Assembly: GCA_032718475.1 (NCBI GenBank)
Contig: JAUCBJ010007248.1
Location: 52,846 to 116,845 of the forward strand
Reading direction: 5' to 3'
Length of the DNA stretch: 64,000 nt
Source of the DNA: Nemertoderma westbladi
Lineage: Eukaryota; Animalia; Xenacoelomorpha
Every line of letters starts with the position of its first letter. Within the stretch, counting starts at the first letter, position 1. The notes beneath the pieces are model-generated. The model worked only from the letters and a program-made list of their open reading frames with translations. It was not told where the DNA came from and did no database searches. A program made the translations under genes and the position numbers. Positions 11,704 through 23,850 of the stretch are shown here, piece after piece.

Positions 11704-13227
11704 TCAAGGTGCCCCCTCTAGTAGACAGCATTTTCCTACAGCCCTCATGTAGGTCTTTCTGTCTTCCGCACCTATCTTTCCACCTATTCGCACTTCTACC
11801 GATCGGACTCTTCCGTCCTCATAGGAGTAAGTGCCCACAACTCTCGCCAATCGCCATTGGTTGTTGATGATGGTATCATCTGTGACGATCACCAGATCAC
11901 CCTCCTTTAGCTCTCTGTTCGTGTTCCTCCACTTACTTCTTCTGTGAAGTGTGGGCAGATATTCCTCGACCCACCTCCTCTAGTACTCCGCGCTTATTGC
12001 CTTAGCAACTTTCCAATTCTGGCGGGAGTGTATGTCGTCTGGGTCTACACCCCGCATGTCGACTGTCGCCGGCCTCTCCATTAGAAAGTGACTGGGCATC
12101 AGCACGTCTAATGACTCAGGGTCATCATTCTCTGGATATAGCGGTCTGCTATTGATGATACCCTCACACTTTGCCAGTACTGTCCTTAGTACGTCCTCTG
12201 TAACCATGTGGGTGTTCATCAGCTTCGTGATCAGACGTTTCGAACTACCCACTAATCTCTCGACGCATCCTAGGGTATGCGGAGCATACGGCGTCCTCCT
12301 CTCCCACTTTACTTGTCGCCTTCTCATGGCCGCCCTGACTTCCTCCCCTTCCAGGATATCCAAGGCCTCTGCCATCTCGTTCTCCGCCCCCACAAAGTTG
12401 GTCCCGCTGTCAGAATACAGTACTGCGATTGTCCCACCTTTGCGGTCTCTAAATCTTTCTAAAGCATTAATGAATGCTGATGCGGTTGCATCTTGGGCGA
12501 GTTCTATTCCTACCGCCCGCGTGTTGTTACAAACGAAGATGATACCGTAGCATTTCTCCGTGTGTCGCATCACCTTAATCTTTATCGGCCCGAACATATC
12601 CACACCGCAATGCGTAAATGGCGGGTCGTGCTGTCTTACTCTACTGGCCGGTAGTTGCGCCATTTCCTGTATGGCCCGTTCCTTCTTCGCCCGTCAGCAG
12701 CTCTGGCACTGCCCCACTACCGCCTTTACCTTCTTCCTCAACTGTTTGACCCAAAAGGTCCTTCTTATCTCCGTGAGGGTTCGGTTGGTGCCCCCTTGCA
12801 ATATCGATTTGTGGGTGTCCCGGATAATCTGGTGGACTATCGGCGATCCTGTGGGAATGATGATGGGCTTCGGTGGTACAACGATACTGTTGTTGTATCC
12901 CACCCTAGAGTTCATTACTAGGATCCCGTCGTCATTAAGTTGTGGTGACAGCGTGATCAGCTCGCTGTCCCGCCGGAGATGCTGTTGCTTACCGATGCGT
13001 TCCACCTCGTCGCCGTAGTTCTTCCTCTGCTCGTAGCGGATGACTGCTTTGGCCGCTCCTTCCAGGTCTATTGTCGTTCTAATCTTCACGTCTTTACCAA
13101 CTCCCCTGAGGAACTTTCCGAAGGCTCTCCAGTATGCCACTAACTTCTTGCTCTTGTACCAACTAGAACTGTAGCTAAGGAGTTTATCCGTCGGGTTATC
13201 GCACAGTTCTCCTGGTTTTGGTTGCAC
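11704..13227 (-). pseudogene. BEL-1 integrase (disrupted)
   Basis: H...GG...CQSC zinc region, GVDMFGP, YSDSGTNF, ERLV, INSRPL, W.LARV...DGRVR, RAVGKCCLLE; frameshift at ~12690 and stop at 11980. Confidence 0.9.
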
Positions 13228-13261
13228 GTCCCTTATCTCCCTCCAGAAATCTGAATCAGAA

Positions 13262-13876
13262 TCAGAGATTCTGGGAGTATATCTCCTCTCCCTCTGAATC
13301 TCCCTCTTCTCCTTCTGACACTACTTCTCCTGAGCCCGGGACCCGGGCCCGGGACCGGGACTTTCTCATCGGCGGCCAGGCCTCCCTATCGCTCAGAAAC
13401 TGTGGCCCGTGTTGCCACAATACTTCCTTCTTCAAGAAAGTGTGGCGTACCACGCCCCTCGATAACAAGTCCGCTGGGTTCTCGTCCGTTGGGCAGTAGT
13501 GCCACCTTTCCAGTTCTGTGGTCGCCCTTATTTCGTCCACTCTATTCGCGACGAATATAGGGTATCTCGTCCTTTCGTTGTGTAGCCAACCGAGCACTAC
13601 CATGGAATCCGTCCAGTAGTGTGTTTCCACTATGTTGGGAATAGCGTCCACTAAGTAGGCTGTGGCCCTAACTCCTAATCTCGCAGCTGTCAACTCGAGT
13701 TTCGGAACTGATGCTGAGTCTGGTGGCGTCGACTTCGCTTTACTGAATGCGAGTCTGGGCTTGTGAGCCCCCTCTCGTTGTACTAAGTAGAGTGCCGCCC
13801 CATATGCCTCTAATGACGCATCGGAGAACATATGTAGATCCAGATTCGTCGATGTCCCCATCCGGGAAATATACAC
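13262..13876 (-). pseudogene. BEL-1 RNase H
   Basis: FSDAS..AYGA, PKLEL, WTDS, FVANRV, NPADLLSRG; frameshifted relative to RT. Confidence 0.9.
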
Positions 13877-15158
13877 GCGGCATGCTGTATGTTCCCATCT
13901 GCTCTAAACTCTCTGTCCACTTGTTCCACTGCTTACTAATCTCTTCTGGGACCTCTGCGTCCCACTCGTCCTTTAATTTGTATACTCTCTTGAGTATCTG
14001 TTTCCCCGTGACTAGTAATGGGGATGCTAGGCCTAGGGGATCGTATATCCTCGCTATATATGACACATAGCCCCTCTTTGTGTGGATACCTGCTCCCTCC
14101 TGACTCAATTGGTATTTTAACTCGTCTGTCTCTCTGTTCCACACGATTCCCAGTGCCTTCTGTTGAGACTCTATCCTCTTGTTCGCCATGTCCTGCCCCT
14201 TGGCTGTTGTGGGATTATCCATGGTCGATCCTGGTCTCTCGTCTTTTATTGCCTCGATAAATTCCTTCGAACTGGATTGGAATTTGGTTAGGTTGAAGCC
14301 GGATCCTTTAAGGATGTCGCGAACCTCGCGCCCTGTGTCCAGTAGCTCCTTAACCGTATTTCCAGACTCCATCCCGTCGTCTACGTAGAAGCCGCGTCGA
14401 ATCATATCGACGGCTTTGGCGCTGAACTTATCTTCCTTCCCTGCTACCGTATCTCTTACGGCCATAGTCGTTGTAAACGAAGACGACTTGGCTCCCATAT
14501 TCTGTACTACCATCTTATACATTGGTATGGTCGACGGTTCCTCATCGCCGTCGTACCATAGGAAGCGTTGGCTGTCGCTATCCTCTCCCGTTACACGGAC
14601 TTGGTTGAACATGCCTTCGATGTCGCAGGTGAAAGCGTGTTTGCCATTCCTGAATCTGAGTAGGACCTCGATCCCTGAGTTGTAGATGTTGGGACCCTCC
14701 AGCAGATAATCGTTTAGGCATTTCCCGTTGGTCTTGGCTGATGCGTCAACTACCATCCGCAGTTTACCTTTCTTCGGGTCTATAGCCACGTGGAGTGGCA
14801 GGTAATAGGTCCTGTCCGTGTTTGGCTCGTCGACCGGTAACTCCATGGCCCATCCTTTCTCGACATACTTTCTAATTGTCTTGTGGATGTACTCATTCTT
14901 CTCGGGGCTCCGTTTTAACGTCTGCTTTAACTTGCGAAGCCTCGTAAGTACCATCCCTTTGTTGTCGGGTAACGGTAGCTTTGGTAGCTTCCATACCATC
15001 CCTATGGTATACCGCCCCTCATCGCATGTCATCGATTCCTTTACACTTTGTAAAGCCTGCTTGTCTTCTACCGAGGTTCCGACCCCGGTCTCCTTTAATC
15101 CCTCAAAATCCTGCCTGAGCAGTCTCCTGAGCTGCTCCTCTGCTCCCTCATCCTCCAT
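13740..15158 (-). CDS. BEL-1 reverse transcriptase segment
   Basis: YYLPLH, KLRMVVDAS, LNDYLLEGP, DIEGMFNQV, FYVDD, YDPLGL. Confidence 0.92.
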   Translation of the reverse strand: MEDEGAEEQLRRLLRQDFEGLKETGVGTSVEDKQALQSVKESMTCDEGRYTIGMVWKLPKLPLPDNKGMVLTRLRKLKQTLKRSPEKNEYIHKTIRKYVEKGWAMELPVDEPNTDRTYYLPLHVAIDPKKGKLRMVVDASAKTNGKCLNDYLLEGPNIYNSGIEVLLRFRNGKHAFTCDIEGMFNQVRVTGEDSDSQRFLWYDGDEEPSTIPMYKMVVQNMGAKSSSFTTTMAVRDTVAGKEDKFSAKAVDMIRRGFYVDDGMESGNTVKELLDTGREVRDILKGSGFNLTKFQSSSKEFIEAIKDERPGSTMDNPTTAKGQDMANKRIESQQKALGIVWNRETDELKYQLSQEGAGIHTKRGYVSYIARIYDPLGLASPLLVTGKQILKRVYKLKDEWDAEVPEEISKQWNKWTESLEQMGTYSMPRVYFPDGDIDESGSTYVLRCVIRGIWGGTLLSTTRGGSQAQTRIQ

Positions 15159-15161
15159 CTC

Positions 15162-17144
15162 TCACATAGTTCCCGCGAACATGCATCCTGATGTCTCCGA
15201 CATCCTAAATGGTATCTTACTCTTGATTGGGCCACTCAGTGTCCACCCGAATGGTGTCAATATCGCCACCGGGTCACATTGCCTGTCTTCGCCGAAGACC
15301 ATTTGCATTCTCTCGTGGGCCGTTGGGCAGTCCATTCCTACTATGATGGATACCTTCCTAACGTCCACCTCTGGGATTGAGAAGTCGATACTGTCCAGGA
15401 ATCTGTATTGTTCGACCTCGATGTTGGTTGGCCGCCTGGCGTTAATATTTATCGACTCTATCACCTGGATGGGGTCGATGGTCGCCCCATAATCGCATCC
15501 CGGTGCTACCGCTGCTATCGCGCACCGTCCGGTTCTCATCTCCAGAACCTCATCTTTGCTGGAGATGGTTGTTACCGCCATTCTACTTGGCCTCGTTCTC
15601 AATCCTATCTCTTCGGCCACCCAATCCTCAACTAAGGTGAAGGCTGCACCACTGTCGACCAGCATCAGTGTGGTTACTGATCGGTTGCCTTCGCCGATTA
15701 TCCTTACTGGTACTACCCCTAATAGTACCGTCCCTCTCTTCTTTGCTACTACGGTGCTTGTTGCCATTGTTTGTCCTTTACTCTGACCGAACTTAATTGG
15801 CGTTTCTCTGCATTGTCTAGCTCTGTGTCCACTCATCACGCATCGCGAGCAGATGTCATTTCTCGCCGCGTATTCTACCTGATCTTCCCTGGGTAGCGCC
15901 TGCCAGTACCTGCAGTTCATGGTCTGATGAAGCGCATTTGAATGTAGCTGGCATTTGCTCTTTGGATCGTAGCCATCCTTATACAGTGCATTGCGTATCG
16001 CAGATGCATTTGTACCAAAGTCCTTACTGTTCTTATTGTTTGAATTCTGCCTACTGGGCGTACTGGGGGTATGTTTGTTTGTGTTGTTATTTTTCCCCTG
16101 TCCGCTCCATGATGTCGTCTTACCCTCGGCTACCTGTGGACTTGCAGTCCCCTGCGTCGCTGCGTATGGCAGTGATTGCCTGAGCTTTGGTAATGCGTTT
16201 GACGTGTTATGTTCTGGTTTCGGCCTGTGGTAATCGGTCTTTGATCCCTTTCCCACGCTATCCTTGCTGTAGACTGGGTCCGTTATAAGTTCAGCTTCAT
16301 AGTTTAAGAAGCTTGACATCTCTTCTAAACCCGGTTCCGCACCCTTCCTATCTCGAGTGGAGAAAGCGATTTTCCTCCACTTATTGCGCAGCCACATCGG
16401 AAGTGCCTGGGCTATCGTTGTGATGTTGTTGGACGCGTTGAGTTCGTATGGCGCATCCAATGTCTTTAGCACTATTAGCGCCTTCTCGACTTTGTTAGCG
16501 AATGTCTTTATGCTAACGGGGTTATCCTGTAGGCCACCCGATGTTATACCTCTCAGGGTCTGCCGGATGATCTTGGCCAGGTGCCTGTATTACCTGTCTA
16601 ACGCCCGCCATGCCGTCGTGAAGCCACCCTCGATACCCTGGTATTGCCTCACGATGTCGTATGCTGGGCCCCCTGTATATACTTGCAGATACTTTAGGCA
16701 CTCCGCCTGCGTCAAATTTTTCGTTAATATTTCGTTACTATACATGCGCCGAAACTGTAGGTATTCTTCCGGCCTACTCCCATCGAATTTGAATGGTTCC
16801 ACGGGTGGTAACTCGATCCTTGTTTTTAGTGCATCGATTAACGTGGCCATCCCCACCGCTTGCGCTTCCAATGGGTTCGATGGGTGCTGCATAGGTTCTC
16901 CCGTTGGGTGCGGTCCGTACGTCTTGTTTGCCGCTTTCCTCTGACTTGGATATATCATAGGGGGTAGCGGCCCCCTCCATATTTCTGTGTCGCATGATCT
17001 ATTCTCGTCCAAGGGGTTCGATGTTCTTACTCCTACTGGGGTATATTGTTGATATTGTGATGAGGGAATGTCACCCTGTCCCCCCCCCCCCCCACTGGTA
17101 TATTTGGTACTGGGGTTGATGTTAATATATTGGAGCCCATGCAT
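15162..17144 (-). pseudogene. BEL-1 Gag C-terminal part and aspartic protease
   Basis: KFDGSRPEEY Gag motif, knuckles CQLH...H...C and CSRC...GH...C, protease LVDSGA, TPFGWTLSG; in-frame stops at 16590 and 15162. Confidence 0.88.
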
Positions 17145-20010
17145 CTATCCGCAATAATCCCCCCTTCCCCTGGGTATATGTTATGTCCTTGCATGCTGTA
17201 GTCATACTGCTGTGCTGGTACCGGTATAGGCCTATCTACTTCTGGCCTCCTTGCCGGTATATACTCCGCGACTTCCGGGTTTAATCCCGCTGTTCGCGCT
17301 ATCCTATCGCCTATATTATCTCTCTCAGCATAGCCTATGGTATGTGCAGTAAGGCCTACAGTATGTCCTGCAGTCTGTATGTGTCGCTCGGGATCGAAGT
17401 TTATCCTTCTCGAATAATCCTCCCCGCGGCCACCGCATTCTCGATCGGTAGGTATATCCCGTCGGGAAGCTTCTCTTCGACCCCCTCTACTGCTCTCGCT
17501 CTCGTGCCGGTACATCCCGTACCCCTCTCTCTGCGCGCAATACGCCTCGTCAGGTCGCGCTCCTCCGGGGCGACGGCAATCTCCCGAAGTTCGACCCTGC
17601 TGACTCTCCGTCTCCACCTCTACTACCGACGGCTCGCTATCCGTCCTCGCTCTCCTGTCGTTCGCGGCGACACTTCTTCTACTCTCTTCCCTTCTTCTCT
17701 CTGTAGTGCAGTATTCCCGCTCGTGAGATCTCTCGTCGACCTCCCGGTTAAACTCCACTGTTCTTCTTCCCTCTTCTGATCGGGCTCGACGCTTCGTCCG
17801 CCCTCTCGCGACGTCAACCTGTCTCTCTCTGCTCGATTGCACGCCGCTGGGGATACTCGCAATCCCCCTATCACTCTCCGTCGCCGGGTGTTGCGGTTTA
17901 CCTGTCTCGGCCCGCGCATTATCCGTCGACGCTTGCGGGGCACTCTCTGCCCCCCCCCCCCCACCCCCCCTTTCGCCGCTAACTCGCTGTTGTGGGGATC
18001 CTGTAGCCCCCCCCCCCCCCCCCCCCCACTCGCCACATCTAACTTCACTATCTCTCACCCCGCTACTATATCCCTCACTAGCCGACACATCAACCCTACT
18101 GCGGCTGGGTCTATTCACCCCCGCCTGTCCCTCTGCTATTGTGTGGCCTACCAGGCCCTCTGCTTTCTGCCTACTAACTACGTGGCCTACCAGGCCCTCG
18201 CTGGGTTTACTCAACCCAACCACTCCCTGCCTAATAACTACATGGCCTACCAGGCCCTCTCCGGGTTGGCTCAACCCCGCCACTTCCAGCCCACTAACTA
18301 AGTGGCCTACCAGGCCCTCTTCGGGTTGGCTCAACCCCGCAACTTTCTGCCTACCAACTGTACGGCCTACCAGGCCCTCGTCTGCCGGGTTATACACATC
18401 CGACACATTCACGTTAATAGCACCACTAATATTGTCATTGGTTAGATCAATTAAATCCTCTAACTCGATAAAGTTACCTTGTGCACCCAAATTAGAAACG
18501 GGATTATTTTGCTCGTTCGAAATAAGATTATTTGAATTATTTTGTAAATTCAGACTTATATTTAAATTATTTGAATTATTTTGTAAATTCGGACTTAGAT
18601 TTAAATTATTTGAATTATTTTCTACATTAATATTAGAATCACTAGGATTTAAATTACTACTGTCGGGCAAAATATTATTTCCTGCAATGAAAGTTTGATT
18701 AGAATTATCTAGTACTGTACTATTAATATTAACGTTGTCTACTGTATCATTATTATTACCCCCCCTGCCCGTACGGTTACACCAGTCTCGGGTCTGTCGT
18801 GCGGTCCCTGTAAGTGGGGTATTAATAAATGTTTCTTCGACCCTCGGCTCCTCGAAAGCACTCGAGCCAGCGTCACTCTCTGACAGCCCCATCTGGGCCA
18901 TTTTTAGTCTGCGCTTCTGCTTGGTTTGGTACTGAATGAGTCCCCCTAGGCGGGCATGTAAACCATCCCGCACACGCTTCCCCTCTGCTGCTCTCTCCCG
19001 ACTCTCCCGCGCGCTCTGCTCGGCCAAATCCCTCGCTCTCTCAACTCTCTCCATTCGTTTCGCCTCCCTTGCCACCTCACGCTCTTTAAGTTCTGCCTCG
19101 CTCTCTTTTCGTTCAGCCTCGCGCTCTTTGCGTTCACACTCCTCTCTCGCCTCACGCTCTTCTCGTTTCTTCCTCCCTATTTCCTCACACTCCCTAAAGC
19201 TTCTTGCGGCTTTCTCGGCCCTCTCTCCGGTCTCTCTAGCCAGTTCCATTTCTTTCTCTAATAGCACTCTCCCCTCCTCTAACTGTCTCTCTACTTCTCT
19301 CTGGTCTTACGCTATCAGATTGAGATAACACGCCGCATTTATTCCCCTCACCCGTGTTTCTTTTACGGAGGATGTAGCAGACTTATCGGTTGTGACGGAT
19401 TCCCTCCGCCTTCCCGTCCTACTAACCCCCCCCCCCTTTTTCCGGAACCTTTTCCGACCGACGAGACCGAATCCTCGGGGTTAACCTCGGATTCGCCCTC
19501 CTGCGGTTTCCTCCAACCCACTAATTGTATTCCCCAGGCATCGACTAAGTATGGCCCTACGTACACTACGCTAGGTTCCATACCCCTACATTCCAATAGT
19601 TCAAACAGTTCGGTGGCAACCCCTCTCGCTCTCTCGCTGGCTAGTTCTCCCTGCCCAAAACGTTTTAGATAGTCAAAGTGTTCGTTCGACTCACCTAGTC
19701 TTTTCTTTAGGTTTACCTCGTCTATCTGGGCCCCCTCTTTGGCCTCCTTAAGTAGTTTCCGGGTCGCGTTGTAGGCCTGCCAAAGTCGATCGCTGACCCC
19801 GATGTCCTCGTCGCCGACATCCCCTCTATCTCTCCGGGTCCGGCGTCGTGCCGGCAGCCCCACCGTTGCCGTTCCGGTGGGCCGTCCGTCGCCCTCGGCC
19901 TGTGGCTGGCCGGCGACACTGGCACGTCGACCGCCGTCGTGTGTCGACTCGTCTCTCTCTCCTCCCGACTCGTCCTCCAGTTGTAGACGGCTCCCCTCAC
20001 GTTGGATCAC
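17033..20010 (-). pseudogene. BEL-1 very long low-complexity Gag N-terminal region
   Basis: ORFs 19363-20010 and 17033-19267 with coiled coil, Asn-rich tract and 54-bp GLVGH repeats; breaks fall at poly-C runs. Confidence 0.7.
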
Positions 20011-20134
20011 CGGGTCACCCGTTGGCGATGGGTCCGGTGTCGTGGGCCTATACCGTCGTGTCGCGGCCTCGCGGATTGTTAGATCGCCATCCGGGGTCCG
20101 CGTCCGGTGTCGTCTCTCCTATTCGGCTCATCGT

Positions 20135-20167
20135 AGCGTAGTCAGGCAGTAGTCGCTTTCTAGTTAC
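20135..20167 (-). promoter_or_regulatory. BEL-1 non-tRNA primer-binding site, complementary to its own LTR
   Basis: Sense GTAACTAGA directly after the LTR; its complement lies at 20385-20393, with further bulged pairing to 20400-20417. Confidence 0.7.
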
Positions 20168-20749
20168 TGTGACAGGATCTGCGGAGGATCCCGGTTTATC
20201 CGGTTTTTGGTTTCTAGTCTACGCGTCCCCACCATGTGTGAAAGATATAAAGAGTTCTGGGTTATTGATCGATCGATGTATATAAGTTCGGGATATAATA
20301 TAATAGAGATAATAGCACAAAATGGTTGATGTATGATGTAATGTACCGGTAGGTGATATCTTCTGGTGACGGTAGGCGGAGACGGTAACTAGAGTTCCGC
20401 TACTGTCCTAACTAGCTGACTTACTACAAGTGAATGAAATATTGCATGGACCGGTAATATATTGCACAGTTGGCCATATTGCTCTACCCAGTCGATGCTT
20501 CCCCCCTATTGGCTAATATCCTAATTGTCGCCCCTTCACCTTCCCTGGAGTGTTTCCCGTTGCTCCTGTTATTCTCTCTCTCTCTCAGGGGTGTAACCCC
20601 TGACCCCTTTGTGCGTATGTCCTCTGGGGTTTCCTTGTCCACACTTTATTGGGGTGGTACGAGGTTGATATTGGATATCGACCTCGTGTTCCCAATATTG
20701 CTTAAAGCTCACTTTATGGGGCTGGTTAGCGGAATTGAATACGCTAACA
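20168..20749 (-). repeat. BEL-1 5' LTR (582 bp)
   Basis: Direct repeat of 7944-8526. Confidence 0.95.
20431..20463 (-). promoter_or_regulatory. Putative TATA plus initiator of the BEL-1 LTR (TSS ~20435)
   Basis: Sense ATATATTA about 27 nt upstream of TCATTC, which matches the TCAKTY initiator. Confidence 0.45.
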
Positions 20750-22112
20750 GAAACATACAACCCTAATAAACCCGAAGCTCATTTATATAATTTAGATTTC
20801 AACAGTTTATATAGCGGTTCTTTGTCGGAGCAACTTCCTTATTCAGACTTTGAATGGTTGGACGTTGATAGTGTCGATATCATGAGTCTGGAAATTGAAG
20901 ATATATACGGATATTTCGCCGTAGTAGACCTCGGATACCCAACGACTATTCATGATGCCACATCCGAGCTTCCATTTGCACCGGAGCATGTTAAACTCGA
21001 TAGTAGGTATCTCAGTCCATACATGAAAAGACTTTGGCGGCATTATAATGGTGATAAAATTTTCAATAGCCCAGCAAAAAAATTGATGTTAACCCAATTC
21101 TATAAGTATGAGTACGGTGTACATCTAAAATTATTGCGCTTTTATATTCATGATGGAATGCGCTTGATTAAAGTTCATAAACTTACTAGATTTAAGCAAG
21201 GTTACATTTTTAAGGATTTTATTGAATATAACACCCAGCAAAGAAAAATAGCAAGCAATGAGTTTTATGATAAGTTTCACAAAGGAACAAATAACGCGCT
21301 TTTCGGGAAAAGCATGGAGAATATACAGGGCCGTGTCTCATTTCGCTTATGTAATTCAATCGAGAAATGTGACTTATTATTATCCAAGCCAAACCACGAA
21401 AATTTAATTATGTTCAATGATTCATTATCAGGTCACGTCCTATCTAAAACCGCGGTTTGTTTGGAAAAACCTATTTTTTTAGGCAATGCTGTGTTGGACT
21501 TGTCAAAGTTAGATTACTACCCTTTTTTCTACAATAAGTTAAAGCCCATGGAAGCCGAATTAAATTGTAAAATACATTTGTTAGGTGGAGACACCGATTC
21601 ATTTTTTCTACAGTGTGTTGGTTTATCCCAGCACCAATTTTTATCTGCGTTACAATCAAAAAAAGTTTTAGACTGTTCAAATTATCCTATTACACATCCG
21701 CTGTATACAGTAGAATAGAAAGGGAAATATAGATATTTAAAGGATGAAGGGAAGTCTAACCCGTTTGAACAGGTTATTTTACTCAGACCAAAATGTTATA
21801 GCTTTCGTGGGGGGTCAGTTCCAAAACGTGTCGCTAAAGGCGTAGGAAAAATGGTTATAAAAAAGAAACTCTCCCACGACTCATATTTAAAAGTATATAA
21901 TGAGGTTAGCGAGCATTACGAATACATTCAAAGGTTTCAATCGAATTTACATAAAGTCTACACTGTTTCACAAAAAAAAATCGCTAACACTCTGGGAAGA
22001 TAAATGATACTACATATCAACTACTGAAAGCCTACCTTACGGTCATTATAAAACACATTTGGATCGCAAAGCGCCAGCTCCAAAGCTTTATATGCCACCC
22101 ATTGTAGAATAG
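20750..22112 (+). pseudogene. Protein-primed DNA polymerase B, C-terminal part
   Basis: LDFNSLYSG, LPFAPE, KGTNNALFGKSMEN, GGDTDS, KDE, LRPKCYS, AKGV, EDK*...SLPYGHYK; stops at 21718 and ~22005. Confidence 0.93.
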
Positions 22113-22121
22113 CGGACTGTA

Positions 22122-22388
22122 ATGTCTCTTAGTGTTGTTAACAGTATAAGTTTGAGGTTGGTTGGTGGTCACATCATTCGATGTACTGACTAAAGGAATT
22201 CTAAATGGGAAACTCGTCATAAAGCCTTTTCAATATATTGTCAAAATTTGCGGTGGGACGTGTCTCTTTTTCCCGAGCGGCAAGGTCACTTTACTCGGTA
22301 AATCGCCTAAAATAAAAAAAATTATTAAGTATATATATAAGCATACTGATTATAAACTAACTTTTATTTCAATCAATAGCCAAACTTA
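22122..22388 (+). pseudogene. TBP-like (TATA-binding protein fold) ORF, frameshifted and cut by the Helitron
   Basis: MSLSVVN start 10 nt after the PolB stop; TCLFFPSGKVTLLG resembles TBP TALIFSSGKMVCTG. Confidence 0.55.
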
Positions 22389-23399
22389 TCCTACTAATAT
22401 AATAGCTCAAAAGTACTGCGACGACTACTACTACTACTACTACTACTACTCCAAGTTGCTAAATTGGTAATATCTCCCTGTTATTTCTAATTCACAATGC
22501 TAATCAAAGGTCAAGCACATTATTATGATTGTTGAGTTGGAAATCAATTGCTAATACAGTAGTGTAACAAGAGTTGTTTCCATAATCACCAGCTGTTAAT
22601 AAACGGATTATTACCATTCATTGAAGGATAACAATGCCAATCAAAGGTCAACCACAATTTCTCAAACCAATTGCTTATTAGTTTTGTTTCCAATCCCCAG
22701 TAAACGAATTGCATTGCCATTCAAGTATCATCAGTAAGAATATAGGTAGGTCACTCACTGTAAACTAAATTTGTACTGTATATTTGTCGCAACAGAACAA
22801 GTACGAAATTCTGTATAAATTATGTTTTTTTGAGAAGCCGTTCTGAAATATAATTTATTTTTACTTTATAATAAAACGGAAGCTGAAACTTTTAGCATTG
22901 GATTTATCTCCCGAACACGCAAATCTCCTTCACGGATAACAGGATTATGAACCGTGATCAAGGTAAGATATTGAATGTATATTATTGAATGTATATGTAT
23001 ATATTATATATGTAATATTAAATTTTTTGAATCGTTACACAGTACGTCTATTATTATTTTTATGTATCGTTATCCAGAGTACGGTATTACCATAGGCAAA
23101 ATAATTTTTTGTTCTTTTTCATGCTTGCTCCATCAGAGGCATTATTTGATCCATTAAAATAGTTAACGAAATTAAACATTTAATTATAGATACAACCCTA
23201 ATAATATTTTGATGCAGATAGAGTGAGAAGGTGCAGTAGGTGCGGCTGTCACACTAAAGGACACCCATTACTGCTTGGAGAGAAGTGTGTTCAGATTGTG
23301 AACCAATCGGAATTGGATAAGCGGCGGGTAAATAATGGTGATGCAAAGAAAAGGTATCAAACCGCTGACAGACAAAGAAAAAATCAGAGTGATGCAGTT

Positions 23400-23850
23400 G
23401 CTGCTAGAAACAGAAGCGCGAAACCTTCTGCAATGGCTGCTGCCAGAGTGAGAAATGCAAAACCTTCTGCAATGGCTGCTGCCAGAGTGAGAAATGCAAA
23501 ACCTTCAGCAAAGGCTGCTGCTAGAGTGAGGAATGCAGAACCTTCAGCAAAGGCTGCTGCTAGAGAGAGGAATGCAGAACCTTCAGCAAAGGCTGCTGCT
23601 AGAGAGAGGAATGCAGAACCTTCAGCAAAGGCTGTTGCTAGAGAGAGGAATGCAGAACCTTCAGCAAAGGCTGCTGCTAGAGAGAGGAATGCAGAACCTT
23701 CAGCAAAGGCTGCTGCTAGAGAGAGGAATGCAGAACCTTCAGCAAAGGCTGCTGCTAGAGAGAGGAATGCAGAACCTTCAGCAAGGCTGCTGCTAGAGAG
23801 AGGAATGCAGAACCTTCAGCAAAGGCTGCTGCTAGAGAGACGAATGCAGT
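23400..23850 (+). repeat. 39-bp coding tandem repeat (ARERNAEPSAKAA), about 11 copies, in the Helitron N-terminal ORF 23223-23852
   Basis: GCTGCTAGAGAGAGGAATGCAGAACCTTCAGCAAAGGCT repeated. Confidence 0.92.

Larger units (their letters stand above)
7944..20749 (-). mobile_element. BEL/Pao LTR retrotransposon (BEL-1), full length but disabled
   Basis: Paired LTRs with TG...CA ends, 5-bp TSD GAAAC (7939-7943 and 20750-20754), gag-PR-RT-RH-IN order with BEL motifs. Confidence 0.95.

Noticed and set aside
17078-19440. Programmed frameshifting in BEL-1 gag
   Set aside because: The breaks fall at long C/G homopolymers and the element has other stops, so sequencing error or decay is more likely
12152-20152. 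Many plus-strand ORFs over BEL-1, and short ORFs in LTRs and MITEs
   Set aside because: Antisense shadows of GC-rich coding sequence or chance ORFs in repeats; no motifs
22424-22450. (ACT)n run as a Polinton terminal repeat
   Set aside because: It lies just inside the Helitron 5' end, Polinton-type sequence resumes later, and no matching (AGT)n terminus with a TIR was found
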